NCBI GenBank assembly: GCA_905331295.1
Contig: CAJNYD010000065.1
Span: forward strand, 124,001 to 188,000
DNA from: Rotaria socialis
Lineage: Eukaryota
Direction: 5' to 3'
Length of the DNA stretch: 64,000 nucleotides
Shown: positions 52,977 through 64,000 of the stretch, one piece after another
How positions within the stretch are numbered: the first letter of the stretch is position 1
Layout of the letters: each line of letters begins with the position of its first letter
Notes under the pieces: model-generated
Database searches by the model: none
The model's input: only the letters and a program-made list of their open reading frames with translations
What the model was told of the DNA's origin: nothing
Position numbers and translations under genes: made by a program

Positions 52977-54165
52977 AACCTAAATATTTAATTTCCTTCA
53001 CCCATTCTATTTTGTTATTTCCGCATTTCAATGCTATATCTGGATAGCCGATCGCTCTAGCAGAAAACAGTGCTTGCGTTTTGTTGTAATTAATCGGCTG
53101 TGCTGTTAGCGTGCAATAGTATTTCAAGTCTTTGAAAAAACTTGAGAGTTTTTTTTCAAGTTCAAGACATTGCAATGAATATTTTAACCCGATACCACCA
53201 CCCATTATCGCCGCAAGGTCACCTGTGAAATGGTGACTTAAACAGCAATTTAGAGTTTCTGTAAGATCGCTATGATAAGTAATAAACAGCAACGGTGTAA
53301 ATATTGAGCCTTGAGGTCCTCCTTTGCGTATGCGAAACCACTTCGAGCGTTCACCTTTTATTGCAATAAAAGCCCTCCTGTTCATCAACCAATTCTCTAT
53401 CCAGATCAAGTACTTTCTTGGAATTCCCATTCTTTTCAGCTTTCCAATACATCCCCGAAACCATAATTGATCGAAAGCACTCCGAAAATCCACAAATATC
53501 GTTCCCACTGGTGAACTATTTGCCATCAAACTTGAAATATGTTCGAAAAACAACAATACTCTTGTTTGTAGTCTGAATTTTGGACGAAAGCCACTTTGTG
53601 TATCTGGAAGAAGACCTCTTCTGTTCACGATGTTCATAAATCTAGTTTGGAACAATTTTTCGTTAACTTTGAGAAAGACGTCGAGTAATGATATAGGACG
53701 CGTCAATCCTGGGTTACATATAGGATCTTTTTTTGCTAGAAGTAGCATTCTACTATCTTTCCATCTATCTGGCATCGTTCCTTCAGAGAAAGAATGATTA
53801 AATATTTCCACGAGAAGCGACCAGTACGACAATGGGAGAAAATTGAAGGTGAAGTTTGATAAACCATGTGCATCTATTGACTTCTTCTTTTTGCGAGAAT
53901 TGACGATATCAATAACCTCTTCGGTTGTGCATAATGGAATTTCTTCATCAAAGTTTTCCCATTGAAGATCAGGACTATCAGTATATGGATGTGGTCGAAA
54001 TATTTCGGATTCACTGAAGAATTCTTCATAATGTTTGCACGCTTCTTCACACATTTTCGGACCGTCCTTGATGACCGTCCCATCGTTGAGCATAAATCCA
54101 TGTAAGGATGACGACGCAGATTTCATACATTTTTTAGCTCTAGACCAGAACACAATTGATCTTGG
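52977..54165 (-). mobile_element. Non-LTR retrotransposon reverse transcriptase, 5'-truncated, 3' end in a gap
   Basis: RPISLLD, QSGFRP, IFVDFRSAFDQLW, KGGPQGSIFTPLLF, HFTGDL (catalytic site altered), IKYLG. Confidence 0.9.
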
Positions 54166-54264
54166 TGTTGAACTGTTCAGTTCAGTTACTGTGAGAGAGA
54201 CATAATTTAATAAGAACACTTTTTTTTTAATATTTTGATCTTTCTAAGACATTCAAGACATTCA

Positions 54265-54323
54265 AATTTCATTCGGTTAATTTCGGTTCGGCTCGGAAAA
54301 AACACGAATCGATCCCAGCACTG
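54265..54323. mobile_element. hAT-like terminal fragment
   Basis: TTCGG repeats followed by ...GATCCCAGCACTG (CAGTGCTGGG terminus on the minus strand); partner end not seen. Confidence 0.35.
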
Positions 54324-54629
54324 TTCTCTACAATATCAATGAAAATCATAATAGAAACTAATCAGCTTCGTTGCTCTTATTAAAGTTATAATACAAATAG
54401 TTTTTTGTTGTTCTGATGTTTTATTTCTTCATTCTTACAAAGGAAAATGATGATGAAAAGATATCGAATGATTTCAACTTCTATTGTCATTATTATTGTT
54501 TAATAGAGGATAGTATCTCTCGAATCTACATTACAGTTAGATACATTTTCCAAAATCAAAGTTAATTAATAATAAATAAATTTTACATATAATTTGAATA
54601 ATTCAGTCAAATAGACTAATTTCTTGACG

Positions 54630-54968
54630 TTGGGGAAGTTAGCACAAGATTCGAGCTTTTCCAGCCCGGATTCGCCTATATGGTTGTGTTGAACTTCATT
54701 TTCGTTGTGTTGGATGCAGAATTTTGAGCTGAATCGAATGGTGTAATTTTTAAAGGGGGTTGCCGATCAAAATCTGGCGCTTTACCTGGAAATACTGCTT
54801 TTTCTGAAAATCTTATAGAAGTAATTCCAGCCCGGATTCGCTGCTGTAGCTGTGTTGGTTCTGAAAATGGTTGTGTTGAATTCAGAATGAAATTCTACAT
54901 CGAATGATGCTAAACTTGTATGGGGTCATCGATCGAAAAATTTCTGGTCTCACCCAAGTCATCCCTCT
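54630..54968. repeat. Repeat or TE fragment with internal direct repeats, abutting the large gap
   Basis: TTCCAGCCCGGATTCGC and TGGTTGTGTTGAA each occur twice (~54659-54693 and ~54825-54880). Confidence 0.5.
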
Positions 54969-56372
54969 NNNNNNNNNNNNNNNNNNNNNNNNNNNNNNNN
55001 NNNNNNNNNNNNNNNNNNNNNNNNNNNNNNNNNNNNNNNNNNNNNNNNNNNNNNNNNNNNNNNNNNNNNNNNNNNNNNNNNNNNNNNNNNNNNNNNNNNN
55101 NNNNNNNNNNNNNNNNNNNNNNNNNNNNNNNNNNNNNNNNNNNNNNNNNNNNNNNNNNNNNNNNNNNNNNNNNNNNNNNNNNNNNNNNNNNNNNNNNNNN
55201 NNNNNNNNNNNNNNNNNNNNNNNNNNNNNNNNNNNNNNNNNNNNNNNNNNNNNNNNNNNNNNNNNNNNNNNNNNNNNNNNNNNNNNNNNNNNNNNNNNNN
55301 NNNNNNNNNNNNNNNNNNNNNNNNNNNNNNNNNNNNNNNNNNNNNNNNNNNNNNNNNNNNNNNNNNNNNNNNNNNNNNNNNNNNNNNNNNNNNNNNNNNN
55401 NNNNNNNNNNNNNNNNNNNNNNNNNNNNNNNNNNNNNNNNNNNNNNNNNNNNNNNNNNNNNNNNNNNNNNNNNNNNNNNNNNNNNNNNNNNNNNNNNNNN
55501 NNNNNNNNNNNNNNNNNNNNNNNNNNNNNNNNNNNNNNNNNNNNNNNNNNNNNNNNNNNNNNNNNNNNNNNNNNNNNNNNNNNNNNNNNNNNNNNNNNNN
55601 NNNNNNNNNNNNNNNNNNNNNNNNNNNNNNNNNNNNNNNNNNNNNNNNNNNNNNNNNNNNNNNNNNNNNNNNNNNNNNNNNNNNNNNNNNNNNNNNNNNN
55701 NNNNNNNNNNNNNNNNNNNNNNNNNNNNNNNNNNNNNNNNNNNNNNNNNNNNNNNNNNNNNNNNNNNNNNNNNNNNNNNNNNNNNNNNNNNNNNNNNNNN
55801 NNNNNNNNNNNNNNNNNNNNNTTTTTTAATATTTTTTTAAACTAACTTGTTTCTATCACTTATCGTCATTCCTAGCTCATCTATACTCTTTCAATTAATT
55901 GATAAGTACTTCTCAATTATAGATTACGTTCAAATTAATTAGATAAGTCGATTAATTGATTGATAATCATTTGTTAAAATTGATAATATGTTAAATTAAA
56001 AGATAGAACATCTTTTAATTCAGACATGTAATTGATTTAAAAGATGTTTGACTACAAAATTAGATCAAACATTTTTTTAAAAGGTGTTGTTTCACCGAAT
56101 TAGATACTACTGTATTAATTTAGATATGGATTGCTATATTTTTAGATATTACATTAAATGCATGCCATTCTAATTTCCATTTATATTAAAAGTGAGAAAA
56201 ATTTCAGGCTGAAAAATAACATATGGCATTAATTATCACATAAATAACTGAGACTGAATTTTATTCTTCTCGCCGACGGCAGCGAGCATAATAATAAACA
56301 CATAAATACGGAAAGATAGAGACAGAGACAGTCGAAGATGAAGTTCAATCATTGACTGTAAACATTTAAAAT

Positions 56373-58034
56373 ATGGATTGTACTAGTATAGTTCAACTAC
56401 CAAATGAAATCTTACTTTATATTTTCAATAAACTGAATGTAATCGACGTATTTTATTCATTGGTTGGAGTAAATCAACGATTTGATCAATTAATATTCGA
56501 TTTTCTCGATATTGATAATATTCCAAGTATTTTTCATCAAAAATATATTAATGGTAAGTCTCAGCACGATTATATTCTCGATAAAATTTGTTTAAAAATT
56601 TTACCTCGAATAAATACGAAAATAAGAAAACTCACTATTGATCCATATTCTCTGAAACGTATGGTGAATGCCATTGATTTTCCTCAATTATATTCACTAT
56701 CATTGCTCGGTTATCAAATAGATACTATTTCAAGCGATCTAATTAGTAAGATAATAAATTTCATATTTTCTTTTTTACATAATTTATATTTTAGATGGTC
56801 CAATATCTGATCTTCTGATGAATAAAATTACTCATTTAACTATAGATCTTAATATTAAGAAAGAAATCACTCGTGAAAATAGCCCGATGATATTTGAAGC
56901 AATATTATTTTTTGGTAAATATTTAACTGATTTAAAATTTTATCAAGTATCTTCTGAAAGTAATTTAACATTTTTCTCTTGGAATAATCAAAATAAAGAA
57001 TGTTTATCTTCAACTCTTAATAATTTATCAATATACGTTAGTAACTTCGATGATTGTCTTTATCTTCTTGATGGACGTTTTCAATCATTATCAAAGTTAG
57101 TTATTCGTATTGAAATGATAACTCGTTCATTATCAAATATAAATAAAAAGGTAAATTTATTAAATTTATCTTTTAAATATTAAAACGATATTATTTTCTT
57201 TAGGAAAAATTAATTAAATTAAAATCTTTTTCATTAATATGCGAACAATGTACATGTTCTTATGAATCATCAATTGTTCCGTTATTGCGTCGTATGTCAA
57301 ATCTTGAAGAATTATCATTACAAATTTCTGTAAGAAGACTTCGATCAACTTATATTGATGGTTATCAATTATTTAATGATTTTCTTAAATATTTGACAAA
57401 ATTAAATAAATTTAATTTTAATATACATAGTTATATAATTAGTGGTATAGAGAATAATATTCTCAGTAATAATGATATTCGAAATAGTTTTATTAATATT
57501 GGATATAAATCTATTGATATATGTGCAGATGAAAAACTCACCGATTATAGAGCAAATTGTCATGTTTATTCTCTTCCATATTTATTTGATGAATTTTTAT
57601 TTATGAGTAATTGTTTTCAAGGTGGAAAATTTAATAATGTTAAAATATTATTCATGGTTGATAGAATTCCGTTTGAAAATAAATTATTCAAAATTATTTC
57701 TCAAGATTTTACTAATCTTAAAACATTAATTATACATAATTTAGAATCACAAGAAAGTCAAGAATGTTCATCAGCATTAATTACATTTAATAATTTAATT
57801 ACACTCAATATTATAGATGCACATTCAGACTATGCTATACAATTTCTCAATGAAAACATAACTTATTTACCATCTTTAGAAAAACTTATTACTACATATG
57901 ATACATTAACACACATAACAGGTTATTTTACGAATGACGAAACACGACGAAATTGTACGAAAATAAAATATTTAAGAACAGATATATCATTTGTTCGGCC
58001 AAAAAACTTTAATTCATATTTTCCTTCAATGTAA
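56373..58034 (+). CDS. F-box plus LRR/RNI-like protein, paralog 3 (3 exons, intact)
   Basis: IVQLPNEILLYIFNKLNVIDVFYSLVGVNQRFDQ; FDDCLYLLDGRF; LRRMSNLEELSL; CHVYSLPY; FVRPKNFNSYFPSM; same intron positions as paralog 1. Confidence 0.85.
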
Positions 58035-58246
58035 ATTTTTGTTTTCTAATATTAAATGCAAAACAATATTTTTCTTTATTACTTCTATAATATATTAGTT
58101 TTTGGATGAAATCTAACCAACTAATGCAGATCTTTTTAATTAATTTAATATATAAATGTTATCTACAAAATGGTATTTAATTAAAAAAGGTTAAAATTTG
58201 AATATGAAAAAAAAGGTTCTTATATAAAATTGGATTGAAAATCTTC

Positions 58247-58260
58247 GGACAGTCACATCA
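58247..58260 (-). promoter_or_regulatory. Distal arm of putative long-range RNA duplex, copy B: UGAUGUGACUGUCC
   Basis: Begins with the terminal TGA of the extension; complementary to the segment after the internal UAG. Confidence 0.6.
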
Positions 58261-61176
58261 TGTTGTTGTAGATGAAGACAATTTCTTCTTCTTATTTGAT
58301 CGATCTCTATTGGCTGATATGGATTTAGCTAAATTGGCTTCAAGTCTTGAACGCATTAGACGATAAATAAGAGCTGATTTAGTTAGTGGTTCTATTGAAT
58401 CTTGCTGAGAATTATAATCATCATATTCCCATGGATGCGTTCGATGAACTATTTCTTTAATTATTGAAGGTTTTTCAGGTAATAAACTATGACCACGTAA
58501 TGTTGCGGAATGTGAACGATTTTTATTTGATTTCTGTAAATTTGCCGATAAATTAGATGATTGAATATCAACACCAGTAGCTGTTATGGATGATGATTCA
58601 GATGAATTTGCCGATGAACAATTTGATGATTTTTCAATTTGATTATTTCTTTCATTGCCGTTTTCATCATCTTTGTCTTTGTCTTTTTGTTGTTGTTGTC
58701 TTTGTTTCAGCCAAGTTCCTGATATTAAAAAAATCAAAAAACGAATCAAAATTCTAAGGTAACAAACCAAGTGTTTTTGTGTCCACAACAGTAAGTTGTC
58801 TTCCAGTAACTAGCCAATTATGATCTTTTTGATAAGAAGAAGTTGATGCAACTGCCCCGTGTCCCTATGTTTGAACTGTTTGAATATGCTTTGTAGGAGT
58901 TGAAGATTTCGAAACAAGTACGAGAGCTTTAGGTCCTCCGATTGCCAAGCGATCTTTTTGTGTTCGATCTAAATTTTTCCATTCTTCAGCAATGACAGTT
59001 GCTGGTTTCAAGATTTCAAAGTTTGTTTTATATCTCTGAATAGTTTGATATCTCATCACCATTGTTTCATTAGATGAAGGATTAACTGCTGGAAATGAAT
59101 GATTTGTTGTTGTTAATGGGGATAATAACGAATCTGATGAACGATTTACTTTTGGACGATCGATATTGGAACGACTTGTACTCGATATAATATATTTTTG
59201 TGTTGCAGTTATTGACTGTTGTTGTTGCTGTTGTTGTTCATTTGCTTTATGGAAGCTTTTTGGAGAATTCGGTGGAGAACTATTCGAATTTGCTTTAGGC
59301 ACTGGCACTATTGGTGGAGCAACAATGGGAGCAGGCTTTCGAACATTGGGCGAAGATGATGTTGCTCGCCTTTGTTCAATATAAGGTAACGAACCTTTTC
59401 GTTCTAATTCATTATAAATGCATTTATATCCTTTTAAAGATTTTATTGGAAAAATTTTTTGTCCATGACGAATTTTATCAAAGCATTCAATTGATAATAC
59501 TTTTTTTTTGTTTTCAAGAAAAGAAATATAAAGTATAATAAAGAAATATAAGAAGAAGACGAAAACTTACAAATAGATTCTTTAACAACAGGTGGAATAG
59601 CTTGAACAAGTGTATTTGTATTTGTTGTTAATGCTGGATTAACATTTATTTCAATTAGCCAAACTTTCATATCTTGATCAATCATAAAATCATAACCATA
59701 CAGACCAAAGCAGCCAACACGTCTTTTTAATCTCATACGAATACTTTCAATTACATTTAACATAATGCGTTGAATGATTTTCTTCAGAAAAAAATTCATT
59801 TAATTTTTCTTTTCAAAATTCCTTAATGAAATATTTTAACTTACTGGCAAAACATTTAAAACCCAATCTTGTTCAAGATTTTTATTTGATGCCACATTTT
59901 TATTAATATAATCACTAAATATATAAATAAAATAAAATAAAATCGAATGAATATATTTAAATAAGCATACTTGAATTGTTCCATCGTCCATGCTGTTTCT
60001 TCTTTGACATCATAATATTTCGGATCTTTTTTTTGCATATACTAATTATTTAATTAAATAAATAAATAGAAACAAATAAAAGTTTTCTAATGAAATTTTT
60101 CTTAAGAAAACAAAACCTGATTAGTCAAATGTGTAAGAAGATTTTCATCTTTATTATCAAAATCAAACATGGAAAGTCTAAGATAACCGGAATGATAGAA
60201 AATGAGTAGTGGTTTAACACTCGATATAAGCATATAACATCGAATATCAAATTTTTTTCCATGTACTAACAATGGATTCATAATATAACTATTGAATGAA
60301 AAAAACATTTTGTTTTTTATTTTCTTAATTGAAATTATAAATCAAAAAAACAAACCGTTGAATAACTCTTTTCATTGGTTTAATTGATATTTGTTTTTTC
60401 TTATCCATAGCATCAATTTCAGCAAATTTACTTTTCAAACCTTCAATATCTCGAACAAGATAAATTCCTTTTCCTATTTTAAAATAAAAAACAAAACAAA
60501 TAAGAAAGAATTTCTTTCAATATTAATTAAAAAACCTTGATTAAGTCCGCTTGGTTTACAAATCCAAACATCACCAGCTGTAAAGGAAAAAAAAATGATA
60601 TATTTAAAATAAACCAGTAGAATTCAAATCAACAAACGTTTATGTGTATTAAAAAATGCGTCTCGATCATTTTTCTCATCTAATTTAAATGTTTCTGGAA
60701 CAAATTGATTGAGGGATAAAAATTGTTGTGAACGTTTTTGCATTGTCATTGAAATTTTTTCATATGTTTGTAATGATTGCCATAATTGTAATTTAGTTGT
60801 AAAATAATCTTCTCCTTGAATATGATTAACCATTTGTTCGCCATCTTTAAATACATTCCAGTTAACACTTTGATTACATTGAACCCATTTGAATTTAAAA
60901 TCATCTGTTCTTTCTGATTGACGTTCATATCCAATCGATGTTAAAATGCTTTCAATTCTATTCAAACAGTTAATTTTTTGATCTTTTATAGAAAAATCGA
61001 TTAGCTTACAATTCTGCATTATTTCCAGCGCCAATATAACATTTAGGTTGAGGTTCGGAATAAAGAGTATTTTCTTTTTGAAGTTCATTTTTTTTTGAAT
61101 GGTTTGATGTTTTTGTCTCAGGTAAAGAGACATTGGGATGATCAGATGTTGATGGTGAATGATGTTCTTCAGCCAT
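58258..61176 (-). CDS. TTLL10: TTLL10-like tubulin glycylase, copy B; first in-frame stop TAG 58867-58865, in-frame extension to 58258
   Basis: Same exon structure and TTL-domain motifs as copy A; start MAEEHHSPSTSDHPNV at 61176. Confidence 0.88.
58844..58867 (-). promoter_or_regulatory. Proximal arm of putative recoding RNA element, copy B: UAG GGACACG GGGCAGUUGCAUCA
   Basis: 14 nt (58857-58844) pair with 58260-58247 through 11 Watson-Crick and 3 G-U pairs. Confidence 0.6.
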
Positions 61177-64000
61177 CAATCTAATAGAGTATTCATTGAA
61201 ACATTATCAATATAAAAAATACAGCTGACATAGTTCGATTTTTTGTTTAATTAAAAGAAATCTTAAAGAAATTTTTCTTTTCTTTTTTTTCTTGTTGACA
61301 ACCAACTATGGCGTCGTAAAAAACAAAAAAAAATTTTTTTACTCCTTCTTTTTAAACAAATATTCCTAATTGAAAAAAAATATTAATCTGTCTCGAAGAC
61401 ATCTGTTCATGAGAATAAAAAAAAAGAGCGAAAAGCTAAGGTCAAAATGCGGTCATCGACATAACTACTCACAATTAATCAATCATATTAATTATTAGAA
61501 ATGCATCAATGTTTCCATAATGATTGATTCAGAAACAAAGAGAAATACACATTTGACTTGTTACTAATGTTGAAGTTGATGTTGTTGCTTGATAGAAGGT
61601 GAGAATGAATAAATGTGAAATATATGCGATAAAAAAGTCGGGGAGAAGAGACGAAGAAAAAAAGAAACTGTTCGTGCTTGTCCTTTTCTTTCTCGGTCGA
61701 TTTCTTTGGCATCCTATTCAAATACGAAGTCAATAACATAAAGAACATGCTCACCATCAACGTCTATAGACTTTTAAACAACAACAAAAACATCGCTGTC
61801 AATAACAACCTAACAATTCTCAGTCATTTTTTTTGTTTGAAGAAGAAAAAAGACTTCCACATCTTTTCAAAGATGCAATTAAACTGAAAAGAGTTTCATA
61901 TTTTCTTTTCTTGACACTGATAAAAAAAACATCAACCTTCACTAGCGAGTCGACAATGTTTGTCAAGGGAGAGAAAAAGGGGGAGGAGAAGGAGGAGACG
62001 AAAAGTGATCATTCTCAAACAAATTATTGACGAAGATTATTTAAAAATAGTACCAAAACAATATTCGACTGATTTTACTTGGAAAAGCCGTAAAACGATT
62101 CGAAAGTAGAACTTAATCATTAATTAGACGGTGTTTAATTCCGAAATTTGTTATAGTTAAACTTTTTGTAAATGTTTTCAACAATTGAAATAGGTTTTTG
62201 ATTTAATGGAAGATATTTTTTCTTAGAAAAAGAAAAAAAAACTAAAATGACCGACAAATGTTAAATTATTTCAATGTTGTGTTCAATTAAGAGAATTTAA
62301 GTAATTACAATGAATTATTGTGATAAAAATGAAAGCTTCATTTTTTTTATTTATTCTTATTTTCAGTGTCTAATAAATCTTTATTTTACGATTTTTAAAC
62401 AAGTTTCTCTTTAATTATTTGAAAATTAGAATAAATTAAAAATTATGTTCTCAATGAAATTTATCGAAAGAATAAAACGAGAAGTTTTCCATGAAGTATT
62501 TTCATTTTATTAAATATTTCAATGAATTCTAATTTAAGATTAAATCTATATGTAATTCATTTTTACAATAGAAATATGATTTTCTTTAGATGATTATTTT
62601 TCATTAATAGATTATTTTTCTAAAAATCAAGCAAACATTTATTTTCAGTTTGTAAAAAGTCGACAATAAATTTAATTTAGAATTCATTTTGTTCTCATAA
62701 TATCCTATTAACAATCTGGTACAATCATATGTTTATTCCTTGACTCATCGACATTTGTATACTCATTCCCTGACACATTCTCTCTACGTTCTCCTCTTTC
62801 TTCAATGATAAAGTTAGTTCAATCGTTATGGTACTTATTCGTTATTAATGTCAGAAAGGCACAGGGATCCCTAACACAACCAATAAAATATATCGATAAA
62901 TTCATTTTTATGAAATTCGATTAAAATGTTCGATTTTTAAAATTTGATCCAAAGTTTCTTCTTTATAGGATTTATTTCGTATTTAATGTAGAAAGAAAAT
63001 TTGCTAAAATACATATATTGAAACGGAAAATAAAATGTTTGATAGTATTATGAATGAGTTTTACTTGGATTTGATCGAATCACTATGATATCATCATGAA
63101 CTGAACCATTTAAATAATAATTAATTCGAATCGAGTAGTTAAATGTTTCGAATAAAATGACATAGAAATTGATACATATAAAACAAAGTTCATCAGATGT
63201 TAAGACTAATTGATGGGCTCAAATTTTTTATTCATCTATTAAATATTTTTTTGGTAATCGTTTAAAACGAGTCAACAAAAATTAAAATCTTACAACATTG
63301 ACAGCAATAAGTTACAACGAGTTTCTATTTAGAAGACAGAATATTTAAGAAGACTCAATCTTGTTCAAAAAAATAAAGTTATTATATTTGACTAGACTAT
63401 TTTTATTTGGAATACATACATATAATCTATCGAACTATTGGACTATTTCAGAGATGTTCATGACGGCATCCTAACGGCAAATTTTTCCAAAGACCACCGC
63501 AGTACGGTACCCACGAAAAGCTTTTTTTAAAGAAAAAAGGCGGTTTGCCCACTTGTAACTGACGTTTCGAAAATAGAGACTATTACCAATTGAAATCGTG
63601 CTGAGTTTTAATTTAGTTGCAAAATAATCTCAAGTCGTTTGAAATTCATCTATTAATTATCATTTTTCTTTTGAATCTGTATAACAGAAGATACTCGATC
63701 TAGCATAATGAAAGAGTGTATATAATTCATATTGATCGTTTTGTGATAGAAATTCAGGGCATTAATCGACAAAAATTACCACTGATTTTAGTTACGTTTT
63801 AACTCTGCTTTTGTTGATGAGCAACTTAAAGTGAAACTATAAAAAAATGTATTACTTCTTTAATAAATTAATTAAAATGGAAGATCTATAATGCAGACTA
63901 TTTCAAGAGAGTTGATTCATATCGTAGAAGGTTCATTCTATATAATATAAGCGAGCCACAAAAACCAAATAAAATTTTTGTTACGATGCTTTCAAAAGCC

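Noticed and set aside
54904..55845. Long ORFs of 313 and 306 aa
   Set aside because: Almost entirely N-gap translations
59443..59530. Apparent frameshift in TTLL10 copy B relative to copy A
   Set aside because: The 1-nt difference is in the intronic A-tract before the acceptor; the spliced frame is intact

Overview
AT-rich eukaryotic genomic DNA with compact genes and ~50-70 nt GT-AG introns; gene families, intron style and repeats look like a bdelloid rotifer (inferred, not proven). Host genes: a C-terminally anchored membrane protein, a small EF-hand protein, FKBP2-like PPIase, a secreted Cys-rich surface protein, SPEF1, an HCN channel, two divergently transcribed small secreted proteins, a flavin monoamine oxidase-like gene, two TTLL10-like tubulin glycylase paralogs 32 kb apart, ADA2-like, AVL9, an SLC52 riboflavin transporter and three F-box/LRR-like paralogs. 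Mobile DNA includes a CACTA/EnSpm end, a CACTG MITE, a Helentron-like end, a TTAA-flanked foldback, a solo LTR, and piggyBac, Tc1/mariner and LINE fragments; there are several N gaps. Main observation: both TTLL10-like paralogs have an in-frame UAG at the same position. It is followed by GGA, a 7-nt spacer and a 14-15 nt segment complementary to a site ~500-580 nt downstream at the end of a conserved, spliced 154/185-aa in-frame extension. Pairing is perfect in one copy and kept by three G-U wobbles in the other. This is the layout of a long-range-RNA-structure stop-codon readthrough signal; a regulated 57-nt intron whose acceptor AG is the stop codon is the alternative.
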